A stretch of 64,000 bases of DNA. It comes from Lophium mytilinum. Taxonomy: Eukaryota. The translations under genes were made by a program, and so were the position numbers. The notes beneath the pieces are model-generated. The model worked only from the letters and a program-made list of their open reading frames with translations. It made no database searches and was not told where the DNA came from. This document shows positions 62,201 through 64,000 of this stretch, piece after piece (within the stretch, counting starts at the first letter, position 1; each line of letters begins with the position of its first letter). The stretch covers positions 342,289 through 406,288 of the forward strand of contig MU004201.1 of the NCBI GenBank assembly GCA_010093605.1, in the 5' to 3' direction.

Positions 62201-62579
62201 GCTAGGGGTCTTATATCCTAAGGATTAAACCGTTTTATTAAGTGCTCGTGCCGCGTAAGTGATAGAACGTAAGGAGGGTTTTTAAATAAGCTTCTAACGA
62301 AGTTTGCACAAAGTCTATGGGCCGAGAAATGGAGTCCCGAAGTAGAAGGGAATTCCAGAGTGGAGGGTTTGATTTGGAGGGCACGGTTTCTCCCCTTAAA
62401 CCGAGACTTGGAGGTACCGAGAGGCGAGGGTCGTCTATAGTGGAGCTTGTTGGACGACAGTAAGTCTAGGTAGGAGAGATAGCGCAGTACTAGTACCCTT
62501 GTGTGGGTGGCTGGGAGGGGTGGCTGGGGAGGGCGGCCAGGTGAGGTGAGGCCTTATAAGTGACGGGCGGTTTACCGAA

Positions 62580-64000
62580 ACGCCCTGGTATTCTAGGAGG
62601 CGGCAAGGTATAGCTTTGTCTTCGATAAGCTTCCGCCGATGGCCTGTTTTGTACGCAAGGGCCTTGCAGCTAAGAGGACGGAGGTGAGAGACATCAGGCT
62701 TCGAGCCCCACCAACCTTCATAAGGGGTCATTTTTATTCGGGAATGCCGGGTAAGGTTACGGAGATAGGCGATAGACTTAACAATAAACGGCCAAAGGGT
62801 TTTAGAATACGTTCGGCATCTATTGTGGTATATGTGTATACGGCAATGATGCGAATTGTAACTTCCGCTATACCGTTTTGTTGGTATTAATCGGTGCCTG
62901 TTATTTTTATTTCAATTCCTTGGTCCCGGCAGAATTCCTGAACTAGATCGGACGTACTCTCTCCTGCTTAATTAAGGCGTACTCGATGGCAGCGTCGTTT
63001 AGGGCGCTCAAATGTCTCTAGTAGGTCCTTAAAGGCAGCTGGAAATCCAGTCTTGCCTTAAAGGGCTTTGACCCAGGTGTAGCCCGTAAAGTTATTAATA
63101 AAGACGGCGTGGTTTTCTAATCTATTATAGCCCTTGTTGAGACGGCTAGAAAGGTCGGTGTGGATGAACTCTAGCGGATACTCCCCTCTACGAGAGGGCA
63201 AATTATGCGGATTCTCGCGTTGCTTTGCCCGCACGCAGCTAATGCACATGCTATAGTGTGGTAATAGGCGCATGCCTATGACCAGCGCAGCTGTGTCTTG
63301 CAGGCTTTGCTCCCCTGGATGGCCAAATCGTGCATGCCAGGCTAGCAGCCGGTCATCCTTAATGCTGTAGGCTGGGAGGGTAATGTTAAAGCTATTCTAT
63401 ATAGTCTTTCCTCTCTAGAGGCGCAGGGGTAGGAGTCCGTATCGTTCGTCGGCATGGATGACACCTCCTGGAGCTAAGATAGCAACGCCAGTGTCTGTAA
63501 ATGCATACTCAGCTCCTTTACACTTAAGTTGAGATGGTGCAATAAGGTGGCACCCGGCGGTAGGGTTGTAAAGCGTGTCCTCCAGCATTAGCCAGACTAG
63601 TCGGCCATCAACATCGTAGGGAATTCGAGCAGTACCAATGTGTGTAGATGATGAACTGTTGCCTCCAAAACTAGCGGTTTCTTCGCTGTTGTAGGGTTGT
63701 AAGGTATTAGGAACAAAGAAAGTCTTGTTGTCCGTAGTGTGCTGATTACAGCCAGTATTAAAGAGCCAGTTTGCTTATAGAATTAACCGCGCGTTGCTAG
63801 CCACAAGGTGGATAATACCAGCTTCAGTGGGTGGTTTATAGGCCACTGTTGCCATTAGGCTAGGGTCGGCTTGCTTTTCTGCGTTCTTGTTTTCTCGACT
63901 CCTGCGGCGTCTGTCTCTCTCCACAGCAAATGCCTTTCTCTTGTCTGGGTGGAACCTCCTTGGGATTCAGGAATTTGCCGGTGACGAGATCGACGGGCTG
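62580..64000 (-). mobile_element. Ty1/Copia gag-pol fragment (protease, GAG-pre-integrase, integrase), truncated before RT
   Basis: WLFNTGCNQH (protease), AWHARFGHP, CISCVRAKQ, LEFIHTDL, QNGIAE and TPYEGWWGSKPDVSHLR; runs off the window end. Confidence 0.93.

Noticed and set aside
1..64000. Starship captain (DUF3435 tyrosine recombinase) or viral core genes
   Set aside because: No R-H-R-H-Y recombinase pattern, PolB, capsid or packaging ATPase was recognised by eye. They could lie outside the window or be too degraded.

Overview
Eukaryotic DNA from a filamentous ascomycete. It has GT..CTAAC..AG introns and a pervasive RIP signature (C->T/G->A, TpA excess, Gln codons turned into TAA/TAG). The window is a repeat-rich accessory region in which almost no reading frame is intact. 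Well-supported mobile DNA: two full-length copies of one hAT transposon (1675-5163 minus, heavily RIPed; 42887-46493 plus, mildly RIPed; both with TIRs and perfect 8-bp TSDs), a relic of a related hAT, two Copia fragments, several MITE-like elements, 58-bp and ~75-bp tandem arrays, and a 398-nt N gap. Between the hAT copies lies a ~37 kb gene-dense block of about 20 RIP-broken genes that are not standard transposon genes. Reading through the stops gives a kinesin with a C-terminal motor and a spliced hydrophobic N-terminus, a SNF2 ATPase, and a BAH-PHD-Hsp70-like fusion. More tentative members are a class I methyltransferase, a tandem PD-(D/E)xK-like protein, a HIRAN-like protein and a CENP-B/pogo HTH. 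A second ~9.4 kb gene block bracketed by long inverted repeats carries a fragment of a DIM-5/Clr4-type SET domain, and an Ulp1-like protease lies further right. My best hypothesis is the decayed cargo of a large multi-copy mobile element or accessory chromosome enriched for chromatin and segregation functions. I found no mobilising recombinase in the window. All domain calls come from motifs read by eye, not from searches, and pseudogene boundaries are approximate.
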